Shown here: positions 52,141 to 61,171 of the stretch, one piece after another
Layout of the letters: each line of letters opens with the position of its first letter
Numbering within the stretch: the stretch's first letter is position 1
Assembly: GCF_049274795.1 (NCBI RefSeq)
Contig: NZ_JBASTH010000100.1
Span: forward strand, 31,719 to 95,718
Source of the DNA: Aquabacterium sp.
GTDB lineage: Bacteria > Pseudomonadota > Gammaproteobacteria > Burkholderiales > Burkholderiaceae_C
DNA length: 64,000 nucleotides
Direction of reading: 5' to 3'
The notes under the pieces: generated by a model
Databases searched by the model: none
Told to the model about the DNA's origin: nothing
What the model saw: only the letters and a program-made list of their open reading frames with translations
Position numbers and translations under genes: made by a program

Positions 52141-52737
52141 GTGGGGATGGAGATGGCCTTTCTATTCCGAAAGAGTAGGACAACAAGTAGTCTTCGCGCA
52201 CCGAGCAATGAACCAGATGAGGCATCGCAGGGGAAAAGACCTCCGGCAACTGCTTCCCCCGCCTCAATCGACCTGAGGTGTCTAGAAAACTCCCAGTCCG
52301 TTGCCTGGCAGCTATCGTCGTCGTCAAATGAATCACGCGACGATATTTTTAAGGGTCTCCATATCCTTTTAGCAGAGGATGATGAAGTCGTGGGCGAATT
52401 GTTTTGCGACAACCTGATTTCAAGAGGCGCGTTGATTCAGCACGTACTGGACGGCAATTCAGCTTGTTCTGCCGCGCTGGAGCAAAACCGACCATCCGTC
52501 ATATTGATGGACTGCCAAATGCCCGTCATGGATGGGTTTGCAGCAGCCCAACATATACGAACCGAAGAGGCAAGTAGGGGACTCAGGGCTGTACCCATTA
52601 TTGCTTTAACCGCACTTGCCCGCGAGTTTGACCAGCACCATTCTCAAGCGGCGGGAATCAATGCTTACTTGGTCAAGCCTGTCACAATGTTTGAATTGGG
52701 CTATGCAATAGAGCAAGTCTTGAAGGCAAAGGATTAA
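52141..52737 (+). CDS. stand-alone response-regulator receiver protein with a ~70-aa Ser-rich N-terminal extension
   Basis: The REC domain shows ILLAEDDEVVGELF, VILMDCQMPVMDG, IIALTA and YLVKPV. No ATG lies close to the REC domain, so the start is uncertain. Confidence 0.65.
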   Translation: MGMEMAFLFRKSRTTSSLRAPSNEPDEASQGKRPPATASPASIDLRCLENSQSVAWQLSSSSNESRDDIFKGLHILLAEDDEVVGELFCDNLISRGALIQHVLDGNSACSAALEQNRPSVILMDCQMPVMDGFAAAQHIRTEEASRGLRAVPIIALTALAREFDQHHSQAAGINAYLVKPVTMFELGYAIEQVLKAKD

Positions 52738-54011
52738 GGTTCCAACAGAGGCATCCACACAGTAAATATTGTTCCTTTGCCTGGAGTCGATTCAACAGTA
52801 ATTTTGCCGCCGAGCATTTCCACCAGCAACCGAACCACCGACAGACCCAAACCGCTCCCTTCATTCAATGCCACGTTCGGGTCATTGGTAATGCGCACAT
52901 AGGGTTCCCAGATGCGTTCGATTTGATCTGCATCTATACCAATACCAGAATCCTCGACGACAAAATACGTCCCATGCTTCCCATCCTTTGGATGCCGACT
53001 GACCTTGACCAGCACCACACCAGAATTGGTATATTTAACCGCATTACCAATTAAGTTGCTTAGTATTTGGTGCATCCGATTCATATCCCCGCGAATATCC
53101 AAGCAATCTACTGAAACTTCACTCTTGAGTTCATTGCCTTTTTCGGTGGCAGCGGCCTGATGCTCTTCAAAGAGGACGTTGATGAGCCTGGGCACGTTGA
53201 ACGGTTCCATGACTGCAGGACTCAAGCCAGAGGCATGCTTAGTGATGACGATAAGGTCACGCAACCTGGCATTGAGTTTTGCTGTTGAACTGCGGATTCG
53301 GTTCAAGAATTTTTGATTCAAGGAAGAAAGCTGCGCGCCATTGGCACCCTTTGCCAAGCCTTCAGCGGCTACCGATATCACTTGGAGAGGCGTTCTCAAT
53401 TCATGGGTGATCATTGCCAGCATGGTCATGCGAGAACCCAGGGCTTCGTATTGCACGGCGATTCTCCTGCGACGCTGCCTGTCGATCCAGATGAGCATGA
53501 TCAAATACATCGGCTGGATCAGCGCCAATCTCGCCACAGCAATAACCTCTTCAGAATCCTCCCCTTGCCAGTGACTTTGAGCAAGACTAGCGGCACAAAG
53601 ACCTATCGTCACGATGGCGACCAAGACAGGAAAAACTCGTCCCCGTCGAATCAACAACGCAAACGATGCAACATATAGAAGCGGCAAAGCAGCGGCGATC
53701 AGGCCAACCCATTTCAGATCAACGCGTTCCTGAACAAATAAGGCGAGCGCCAGTGTTACCTCAAAATACAGAAATAAAACGCTCAGAACAACCACCCGCA
53801 TCGCGTTCAATCGACCAGGCATCCACCACGTCGCCCCCGCTGATACGACAAAAAACACGCAAAGCCAAGGAAGACCCACGCGTGCAATCAACGATGGAGC
53901 ACGCGTGTACAGATCCAAGCTCCAATAGGCCAAGATCAACACAGAGGCGCAAATTTGAATCAGTGCTGCAAGAAACGCATCTTGCTTCTGTGGCGACAGA
54001 TCCCTCATCAT
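52734..54011 (-). CDS. membrane sensor histidine kinase
   Basis: The H-box is MITHELRTPLQV, the N-box is NLIGNAVKYT, G1 is DSGIGI and G2 is GSGLGLSVV. Several N-terminal TM helices are present. The ATG at 54011 overlaps the upstream TAA (TAATG); the ORF-track start at 54038 is a GTG. Confidence 0.8.
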   Translation of the reverse strand: MMRDLSPQKQDAFLAALIQICASVLILAYWSLDLYTRAPSLIARVGLPWLCVFFVVSAGATWWMPGRLNAMRVVVLSVLFLYFEVTLALALFVQERVDLKWVGLIAAALPLLYVASFALLIRRGRVFPVLVAIVTIGLCAASLAQSHWQGEDSEEVIAVARLALIQPMYLIMLIWIDRQRRRRIAVQYEALGSRMTMLAMITHELRTPLQVISVAAEGLAKGANGAQLSSLNQKFLNRIRSSTAKLNARLRDLIVITKHASGLSPAVMEPFNVPRLINVLFEEHQAAATEKGNELKSEVSVDCLDIRGDMNRMHQILSNLIGNAVKYTNSGVVLVKVSRHPKDGKHGTYFVVEDSGIGIDADQIERIWEPYVRITNDPNVALNEGSGLGLSVVRLLVEMLGGKITVESTPGKGTIFTVWMPLLEP

Positions 54012-54889
54012 TATCTGGCGCGCTGCTTGTTCATCCACCGTTGAATGGCAGAAGCCAAAATAGAAATGCGCACCGGCTTTTCGTGAAGCTCCGAATCATG
54101 CAAGTGCATTAATCGGGCAATGTCAGCATCAAGGTTTTCTTTCGCTTGTCCGGTAAGCAGTAAGATGAGCGCATGAGGCTTATTTGCTCTGATTCTTGCG
54201 ATCAATTGAGCAGCGGTTTGATGAGGACCGAGCTTGTAGTCCACGATGAAGGCATCATGCCTATCGATACTTTCCGACAATTGGTTCTCTGACGAAAATG
54301 GATCAGCGAGATAGCCCAGGTCTTGCAGCGCATCCGCAATCATCCCGGCCACATCCTCGTCATCGTCCAACACTGCCACCTTCAATTTCTCGGGGTTGGT
54401 GACGAGTTCGACCTCTTTTACCTCGAACAAGTCATCTTGCTCGGCATCCCCTTCCTTGAAAAGAATCAGTTGCCAGGGGTTTCCGCGGCGAGCGGCTAGT
54501 TGGCCGTTGCCAGGCGCGTCTATGCGCTTGCCGATGTCAGCCCTGGCCTGAATCCGTTCGCCTGCGATTTCCAACTCACATGTGTGCCACTGGATGTTGA
54601 AGATGGCCGACGGCGGGTCATCGAAATGTGAGGCAATCAAGGCAACTTCTTCTACAGCGAAAGAAGTTTCTCCCTTGAGCTTGCGGCGGTTCTGCAACGC
54701 AGAGATGCCGGTGATAGATCCGATTTTGGCCGCGTGATTGCGTTCGGCAACCCCTTTGGCTGTCAGGTACATCGCCACCCGATCGACAACACTCATTCGG
54801 TATTGCTGAAGCCGATCATTAAGTTGAATGCGCTCGTTCAGCGCAAAAGCACCTTGCTCGCCATCTGGGCCAGTGTCTTGATTGTTCAT
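54011..54889 (-). CDS. response regulator with an N-terminal HTH (BetR-like) domain and a C-terminal receiver
   Basis: The C-terminal REC shows KVAVLDDDEDVAGMI, AFIVDYKLG, LLLTGQ and HEKPV. The N-terminal ~100 aa have an HTH-like segment (AKIGSITGISALQNRRKL). It is translationally coupled to the kinase downstream. Confidence 0.6.
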   Translation of the reverse strand: MNNQDTGPDGEQGAFALNERIQLNDRLQQYRMSVVDRVAMYLTAKGVAERNHAAKIGSITGISALQNRRKLKGETSFAVEEVALIASHFDDPPSAIFNIQWHTCELEIAGERIQARADIGKRIDAPGNGQLAARRGNPWQLILFKEGDAEQDDLFEVKEVELVTNPEKLKVAVLDDDEDVAGMIADALQDLGYLADPFSSENQLSESIDRHDAFIVDYKLGPHQTAAQLIARIRANKPHALILLLTGQAKENLDADIARLMHLHDSELHEKPVRISILASAIQRWMNKQRAR

Positions 54890-55462
54890 CTCTTGTTATG
54901 CAGGTAAAAGCGCGCGACCAATACCGAAACATTGGCAACGTGCAGATGACATTCACCCCAATTTCAAAAAGCCACAAAAGACACATTCAGTTTCAAAAAA
55001 AGCGAGGAGCACTCGTTTGCGTGCGTCACCTCATTGACACAAGCGCGAAAGTACACGAAACTTTTTGAACGCCTCAAGTGCGATGCGCTCCTATCTGAAC
55101 GAATTGATGGCTAGTGGGGCTGTTGACGGTTCTACCAGAGTTCACATTCTAGAAAACTCTTACCGCAGGGACTGTACCGCCAGATTTGTGTGAAGCACAG
55201 GGCAGCGGCGCATCCGCCTCATAACGTGACGTACCGAGTAGACAACCTTTTCAATCACAAGAGTTCCTCTCCCGCGAAGCCTGCTGTCAAAGGCGGTTCG
55301 ATCCTCTCCCCTGCTTTCAGACCCATACGGTTTAGCCTTCACGTCCTCCAAACCGGCACAGACACCAGCGAAGTCCGTGTTGTTGGCCGCATGGGTGGGG
55401 AGAGGATTTTTTTCCAATTCCAATCGATTAACAACGGTCGCCACATGCTGAAGGAGCCTCCC

Positions 55463-56224
55463 ATGATCGACCACTGGCGTCAGTTTTCCGACGATTGGGA
55501 CTCCCCCGCGCCGTCACCCACTGATGGACTGCATCAGGCCTCGTCACAAAGAGACCGCAATCAGTATCAGACCATGATGGCCGTTCTGACAGCCCAGCAA
55601 AAAGTCGGCGACGCAGTGAAGGCCCAAGGGGATGGCTATTCATGTCATCAATTCATGGCAGACATCAGAACCAGTTCCTGGCATGACGATGCCACACAGG
55701 TGAAGGTGATCGACAACGGTGCGGGTTTCAATTACGAATACTTGGCACACAGCCGCGTGTGCTTCAAGGGTAGCTTGAACACATTGAGGTCACTGCCGTC
55801 CCCCAGCGTCATCTCGACTGCCCGATACGAGCTGGACTTGGAAATCGTCTTCAAGAAGCTCACGCAGTTGAAGGACATGTTCCCAAATTGGACGCATCTT
55901 TGGGTCATCCTGAATGCGTTCGTCACAGCGCACTACCTTCATCACGCCTGTCCTATCGACGACACAGAGCTTCGGCGTGTGGAGCCCTTGATCAAGAACT
56001 ACAAGGTTCAGTTCGATCAGGTTGCCCTTCATACCTCTTTCTATCCATTCATCTCGAAGCTCGCCTACACGGTCCACAAGGTGGCCGTGGGCCAGTATGC
56101 CTCCCACACCCTTTCGGTGACGGCTGACGACTTGCTATTGATGAACATTGCCTTGGGCATGTACCAGAGCGTCAAGTTCACGTTGCCGAATCGCACCAAC
56201 GAAGTAGATGTCCTGATCGGATGA
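55463..56224 (+). CDS. hypothetical protein (no recognisable domain)
   Basis: The ATG at 55463 is preceded by AAGGAG at a 6-nt spacing. The 253-aa product begins MIDHWRQFSDDWDSPAPSP. The longer ORF-track start at 55190 lacks an RBS. Confidence 0.55.
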   Translation: MIDHWRQFSDDWDSPAPSPTDGLHQASSQRDRNQYQTMMAVLTAQQKVGDAVKAQGDGYSCHQFMADIRTSSWHDDATQVKVIDNGAGFNYEYLAHSRVCFKGSLNTLRSLPSPSVISTARYELDLEIVFKKLTQLKDMFPNWTHLWVILNAFVTAHYLHHACPIDDTELRRVEPLIKNYKVQFDQVALHTSFYPFISKLAYTVHKVAVGQYASHTLSVTADDLLLMNIALGMYQSVKFTLPNRTNEVDVLIG

Positions 56225-56227
56225 GTC

Positions 56228-56551
56228 ATGGTGTCCTTCGACCAATTCCTCGGTGTCCTGCGAGACCGCCTACTTGAAACCCAAGGCGCAGAGATGATGA
56301 TCGGCCCCTACATGCTCACTGCATGCTTGGTCATGAGCGACACCGACTGGCAACACTTTGCCCAGGCAGTGTTTGACACGCTGCACTTCGACATCGATCT
56401 ACATGCCTTGTCAGGGTCAAGCACGATTCTGGATCTGTACTTTGCGTCGGTAGATCGATTTCAACTGACCTCCATTCTCGCCATGGACAACCCATGCATC
56501 AAGGTCGAGCACGCGAACGACCAATCCAGTCACCCTGCGTACTTCCATTGA
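56228..56551 (+). CDS. hypothetical small protein (107 aa)
   Basis: It starts 3 nt after the upstream stop and follows the same codon usage as its neighbours. No motif was recognised. Confidence 0.45.
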   Translation: MVSFDQFLGVLRDRLLETQGAEMMIGPYMLTACLVMSDTDWQHFAQAVFDTLHFDIDLHALSGSSTILDLYFASVDRFQLTSILAMDNPCIKVEHANDQSSHPAYFH

Positions 56552-56619
56552 TCCGACATGGACTCACTCACTTCATCTCTGCATCAATCGTCGGGGGCCA
56601 CGGCACCGATGCGACAGCA

Positions 56620-57006
56620 ATGAGGCAGACACTGCATTTCATTGCGATGGATCTCGGAATGGGCGCCATCCTCACTTCCGGATTGGCTGCTTTCTGGCTG
56701 CTGTGCATGGATGCAGCGAACGACGATGTTGCCGCGCTGGCTCAACGCGCATCGAGGGATCAACGAGCCAGTGAATATGTTGAATCCGTCACCAGGGAAG
56801 CCGGCTGGCCAAGTCACGGTCAACTGATCGTGGCCCAGGTCACCGTGTCGGAGATTTTGAACCATGCGCCGGGAGTCGCCCAAGGATTACCTGCCAAGTA
56901 CAGCGCGTCATGGCGAGCCTACATCCCATTGGTTTTGGCCTACCTCTTCTGGACTCTCTTGACTGCTTTGTTCATTCGGCTTCTCAGACGCAATAGAAAC
57001 GAATGA
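56620..57006 (+). CDS. hypothetical membrane protein
   Basis: It has hydrophobic segments (GMGAILTSGLAAFWLLCM and YIPLVLAYLFWTLLTALFIRLL). The start is uncertain within ORF 56494..57006. Confidence 0.4.
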   Translation: MRQTLHFIAMDLGMGAILTSGLAAFWLLCMDAANDDVAALAQRASRDQRASEYVESVTREAGWPSHGQLIVAQVTVSEILNHAPGVAQGLPAKYSASWRAYIPLVLAYLFWTLLTALFIRLLRRNRNE

Positions 57007-57054
57007 TCGGCGCCTCAGGTGCACAGCCCTAACCATTCACACAGGAAATTCAGA

Positions 57055-57858
57055 GTGAACGAGACACTTCAGCGAAGGCAGATTCTCAAAGCGGCTTCGG
57101 CACAGCTTGGCTTGCTCGCAATAGCCGGCTGCGCACCCTCAATGAACTTGAGGCCGGACAACCAGCGAGAGGTCAGCGGCGTCATACGCGACGCCAACGA
57201 ACTGGCGCTGGTTAAGCCGCTGGAACTCATGCCCCTTCCCTTCAGCGAATCCGCGCTGGCACCCGTCATTTCGGCGAACACGATGAAGTTGCATCATGGC
57301 AAGCACCACAAGGCTTACGTCGATGCACTAAGGCGCATCGAGGCCGCTCATCCGGGATCGATCAGCAGATACAGCCTACGCGAATTGGTCGTTCTGATGT
57401 GGACGGCTGACGCAGACGCTCGCGTGGCTTTCCAGAATGCAGCCCAGCACTACAACCATTGCATTCAATGGCTCAGTCTTTCTCCCAATGGTGGTGGGCA
57501 GCCGCCTCAAACCGTTGAGGAAGCATTGACACAGAGCTTTGGTGGTGTGCCGCAGTTCCAGCAAGCATGGCTGGACAAGGCCATGAGCGTGTTCGGAAGT
57601 GGTTGGGTTTGGCTGGTTCATAGCGTCCGTTCCGGCCAGCTTGAAATCCTGCCCACCTCCAATGCGGACACCCCTATAACCAAGCCCGGATTGACGGTCC
57701 TTGGCAACCTCGACGTTTGGGAGCATTCGCATCAACCCGACTATCCAGGTGACAGGAAATCCTATGTCAAATCCGTGATGGACAAGGTATTTGACTGGCA
57801 CTTCGTGGAGTCGCAATTGATTCGTGCACGACAGCTTGAAAAGCTGAGCAATGCCTAG
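57055..57858 (+). CDS. Fe/Mn-family superoxide dismutase with a Tat signal and lipobox (predicted exported lipoprotein)
   Basis: The twin-arginine signal is ETLQRRQILKAASAQLGLLAIAGC, with lipobox LAIAGC. The SOD motifs are LHHGKHHKAYV, FQNAAQHYNH, FGSGWVWLV and DVWEHSH, so all four metal-ligand positions (H, H, D, H) are retained. The GTG at 57055 is preceded by AGGAA; the in-frame alternative is the GTG at 57019. Confidence 0.75.
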   Translation: MNETLQRRQILKAASAQLGLLAIAGCAPSMNLRPDNQREVSGVIRDANELALVKPLELMPLPFSESALAPVISANTMKLHHGKHHKAYVDALRRIEAAHPGSISRYSLRELVVLMWTADADARVAFQNAAQHYNHCIQWLSLSPNGGGQPPQTVEEALTQSFGGVPQFQQAWLDKAMSVFGSGWVWLVHSVRSGQLEILPTSNADTPITKPGLTVLGNLDVWEHSHQPDYPGDRKSYVKSVMDKVFDWHFVESQLIRARQLEKLSNA

Positions 57859-57879
57859 TTTCACTACGAGCAGGCGTGT

Positions 57880-58515
57880 ATGCAAGTAATGAGGTTGTCG
57901 CTGATCGAGGGACCGGCTGTGAGCATGACTGAACCAGCAGTGATTGTCTCGGCACAAGCGGACAGGTTCGGCAGTTTGCCGACCGGGGTCACCCTCGCTC
58001 AATCGATGGTGGAAGCCATAGGCTTGCTCACACAGAACTACCACCGGGTGATTTTCCTCGATGCCGTCTTGCCCGGCAATCAGAGCGCTTACCGGGCCGT
58101 CAATCAAATATTGAAGCACTACCGTGAGCGCGTCGGGCGCATCTTCATCATGAGGGATGAGGTACGCCCGGCCGACGTTCAATTCGCGCGGACATGCGGC
58201 GCTGATGGCGTCATCACCAAAGATGGCAAATCGGTTCTAAGGGTGCTTCAGTCATACCAAGTTTTGACAGAAGCAAGCAATACAAGCATGGAACCGGCCT
58301 GGCTAGTTCCTTTGACGAAGGTGGCAAGTCAGTTTCTCGCCTCCGAAGCGGAACGCGCCGTCCGCAAGAGCTTTCTTCTGGCCCGTCAGCAGAACGAGGG
58401 CACAACACCACAACTGGCAGGCACGATTCGCGCGCTCGGATCCTACTTCGATGAAGAAGAAGATTTCCTCGCCTTCACGCGTGAAGCCGTCAACGCACTC
58501 AAGAACATTCGATGA
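57880..58515 (+). CDS. hypothetical protein with a divergent receiver-like N-domain
   Basis: An alternating beta/alpha pattern is present, with VIFLDAVLPG (a candidate Asp) and GADGVITKD (a Lys). The usual N-terminal acidic pair is missing. The C-terminal ~90 aa are unknown. Confidence 0.4.
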   Translation: MQVMRLSLIEGPAVSMTEPAVIVSAQADRFGSLPTGVTLAQSMVEAIGLLTQNYHRVIFLDAVLPGNQSAYRAVNQILKHYRERVGRIFIMRDEVRPADVQFARTCGADGVITKDGKSVLRVLQSYQVLTEASNTSMEPAWLVPLTKVASQFLASEAERAVRKSFLLARQQNEGTTPQLAGTIRALGSYFDEEEDFLAFTREAVNALKNIR

Positions 58516-59594
58516 TCCGCGCCTTCAACCGCCTTCCCACGCTAGGTCAATTTCTTGCGCTTCTGTCATCCATCTTTGTGGTGGGTGCAATCCTTTTCAC
58601 GCAGCTGCAAGAAACCGTGGTCCAAAGCCAAGCCTTGCATCGAGCGGAGGACATGGCCAACTATGTTGAGGCAGTAGGTGATCTGGCCAGTGCTTACAAC
58701 GGCTTCTGGGCATACAGCGATCCCGCGAAGCCGATCAAAGCTGGTGACTTTCTTGATGCCAAGGTGCTCGATCATGGAGTGGTGGCACCAGATACCGCAT
58801 TCCCGGCAGGGAGCATCAGGCCAGCAGTCTATGCAACAGGCGACCGCACTGGAAGCACAAGCCCAGACCCGAAACCGAAGGGCTCGCCATTCGACATCAT
58901 CAATGCCGAAGACCTGAAGCAGGTCACCGCATACATCCGGAAGAATCCGGCGCTGGTCCAGCGGGAATTAAGTGACATCGTGGAAGCCAGCCCCATGCGG
59001 GTCAAGTTCAAGCTCACCAGCCACCGCAATTTCAACCCCAACAACGCTCCCAACGAATTTGAAGGCACGGCCCTCGACGCCTTTCGACGGGACGGGTCCG
59101 TGGCCACGGAGTATTGGCAGTTCAAGAAAGGCACGCTGCTTTATGCCCGAAGGCTCACGGCAAAGAAGGCTTGCATGAGCTGTCATGGCACACCAGAGGG
59201 CGCCCCCGAGGTCATCAAGGCCAAGTACCTGAACAGCAATGGCTTCGGATACGAAGAAGGTGGTGTCGCAGGCATCATCAGCGTGACGGTCCCCATGGAC
59301 AACAACAGCGCAGTGGATCTGTTTCGGACGATGAGCCCAATGGGCTGGATGGCCTTCACCATGCTGATTGGCTTGACTGTCATCGCCGTGGTGTGGTTCA
59401 CCAACATATCTTCATCCGCGAAAGCGATGTCGGTCTTCATGCGGCAGATTTTGCACAGCAAACCAGGCGAACGCCTGGAGCGCTTTGCGCTCGAGGCGGA
59501 CGAAGCATCTTCCCGCAATGAACTGCATCGCGTTTCGCTGGGAATCAAAGCCTTGCACCGCGCGTTGCGGATCGCCCAGAAACCTAAGGACTAG
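58512..59594 (+). CDS. c-type-haem DUF3365 (Tll0287-like) domain protein with a C-terminal TM helix
   Basis: It has an N-terminal TM helix (LALLSSIFVVGAILF). The CxxCH motif sits in the characteristic context YARRLTAKKACMSCHGTPEGAPEVIKAKY...GYEEGGVAGIISVTVPM. A second TM helix follows (WMAFTMLIGLTVIAVVWF). There is an ATGA overlap with the upstream gene. Confidence 0.65.
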   Translation: MIRAFNRLPTLGQFLALLSSIFVVGAILFTQLQETVVQSQALHRAEDMANYVEAVGDLASAYNGFWAYSDPAKPIKAGDFLDAKVLDHGVVAPDTAFPAGSIRPAVYATGDRTGSTSPDPKPKGSPFDIINAEDLKQVTAYIRKNPALVQRELSDIVEASPMRVKFKLTSHRNFNPNNAPNEFEGTALDAFRRDGSVATEYWQFKKGTLLYARRLTAKKACMSCHGTPEGAPEVIKAKYLNSNGFGYEEGGVAGIISVTVPMDNNSAVDLFRTMSPMGWMAFTMLIGLTVIAVVWFTNISSSAKAMSVFMRQILHSKPGERLERFALEADEASSRNELHRVSLGIKALHRALRIAQKPKD

Positions 59595-59605
59595 CGCGAA
59601 TCGAT

Positions 59606-60637
59606 ATGAACCACACACCGTACCTGCATGATTCATTCATGAGCGCGCTCAGCCCTTCTCATTCTCATCGCCTCCATGCCTATATGGATTTGGAGTGGCC
59701 TCTCGTCTTCAATCGCCTGGGATGCCTGTTTCGAGCACGCAAGGACATCGAGGGAGAGAAAACGTATATCCCGATCAGCGGTGCAACGCTGTCCCACGTT
59801 CATACACTGCTGAGGAAGTCCGATGAGCGCCCGCTGGAAGTGCGAACTGCGATCCCATGGGATCTAGGCATCAACCGTGATCGTCCCGCCAAAGCCCTGT
59901 CGCAGCTTTGGCTGTATGGCACGCCATTTCACGAACTTCTGAGTCCGCAGCAGCGCATCGACATGTCGTGGTTGGAGATTGCACGGGACGCGTCCTGGCT
60001 CATCAAGCTCAAGGAGCGCATGGCTTCGCTCCATACCAGCTACCCGAATCGATATCGCCGCTCGATCCCCTCAGCGGTCCAAGAATATCTGCTTGTCCAA
60101 TCCAAGGAAGATATCGTCCATGTGTTGATGCTCAATCGATATATGCGCATGGCCGGTCTGCCGACCTTCAAGCACTTCCCGGCCTTTGAACGCATCTCAG
60201 CTTTGCTCCCTGAAATGCATCCTTGCATTGCCATGGCTTGCAATCTTGTTCTGACATGGCTCATCGATGCCAGCATCATGTATGCGACGGAAGGCTCGGA
60301 CATTGATGTTCTTACACGGGAAATGTTCAAGCTGCATCATGCGGAAAAGGTGCGACACCTCGATTTCTCCCGCCGCCTGATCGAAGACTACTTCTCCGAG
60401 AACAATAAAGACGACAGGCAACGCGTTCGGCAGATCCTGGGGTGGATCATTCCTGAGATGTTTTCCTCATACCGTTTCAGCCCCGAGATCGCCGCGCACA
60501 CCTCATTCGAGTTTCCTGTCAACACGCGCAAAGAGGAAATGGTCAAAGCCATCCACCAATCGGGGCACAACGAGCTGCTTGACCGGGAGCGTTTCAAAGA
60601 ACTGGACAGTTGGCTCTGGACCATGGATTTGATCTGA
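59606..60637 (+). CDS. ferritin-like di-iron-carboxylate protein (AurF / di-iron oxygenase-like)
   Basis: Two E...ExxH pairs are spaced as in di-iron oxygenases: LEIARDAS ... SKEDIVHV, and YATEGS ... HHAEKVRH. The assignment comes from motif pattern only. Confidence 0.45.
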   Translation: MNHTPYLHDSFMSALSPSHSHRLHAYMDLEWPLVFNRLGCLFRARKDIEGEKTYIPISGATLSHVHTLLRKSDERPLEVRTAIPWDLGINRDRPAKALSQLWLYGTPFHELLSPQQRIDMSWLEIARDASWLIKLKERMASLHTSYPNRYRRSIPSAVQEYLLVQSKEDIVHVLMLNRYMRMAGLPTFKHFPAFERISALLPEMHPCIAMACNLVLTWLIDASIMYATEGSDIDVLTREMFKLHHAEKVRHLDFSRRLIEDYFSENNKDDRQRVRQILGWIIPEMFSSYRFSPEIAAHTSFEFPVNTRKEEMVKAIHQSGHNELLDRERFKELDSWLWTMDLI

Positions 60638-60640
60638 AAA

Positions 60641-60964
60641 ATGAATCAGCCAAATCATTCCACCTCAGGCGCTCCATCCATGACGCCCCAGGAGGCCCTG
60701 CGCAAAGCGGTAAGCATTGTCGGCTCACAGTCCAAACTGGCGAAAGACATCGGGAAGGGCTTGACGCAGGCCCACATCTCCCATTGGCTCACGAAATCCA
60801 AGGTTGTACCGGCGCAGCATTGCCCCGACATCGAACAGATCGTGAATCGGGCAGTCATGTGCGAAGAACTCAATCCAACGGTCAATTGGGGATTCATTCG
60901 CAACAGCCCACCCTATCAACCCCTCTCAATCACGCAGTTTCAGAATCAAACACAGCGGTGGTAA
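60641..60964 (+). CDS. Cro/YdaS-like helix-turn-helix DNA-binding protein
   Basis: The segment ALRKAVSIVGSQSKLAKDIGKGLTQAHISHWLTKSKVVPAQHCPDIEQI matches the YdaS/Cro-type HTH pattern that is common in prophages and islands. Confidence 0.6.
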   Translation: MNQPNHSTSGAPSMTPQEALRKAVSIVGSQSKLAKDIGKGLTQAHISHWLTKSKVVPAQHCPDIEQIVNRAVMCEELNPTVNWGFIRNSPPYQPLSITQFQNQTQRW

Positions 60965-61171
60965 GTGAACGCCTCACTCTGCATCAACCAGTTTTCTTGT
61001 AGAGATAACGCAACTGCTGATCGGCACCACAAACATAGAATTCGCGCCTCGCTTCGGTGAGGCACAAGCGGCCACCTCACGACGCAGCAAACAATAATTT
61101 TGTAGGTTGAGATGTTGATACAAAACCATGGAGGCCCATCGGGCGCAAAGCCTGTTGATGGTGTTCAAGGC

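Noticed and set aside
51903-52412. A 169-aa minus-strand ORF overlapping the 5' part of the lone receiver gene
   Set aside because: It has no recognisable domain or RBS and overlaps an ORF that ends in a clear REC domain. It cannot be fully excluded, because the receiver's start is itself uncertain.
55290-55330. A tRNA-like GGTTCGATCC element that might be a tRNA or tmRNA fragment
   Set aside because: The flanking bases cannot form a T-stem or acceptor stem, and no CCA or cloverleaf is possible. It is recorded only as part of the non-coding-gap finding.
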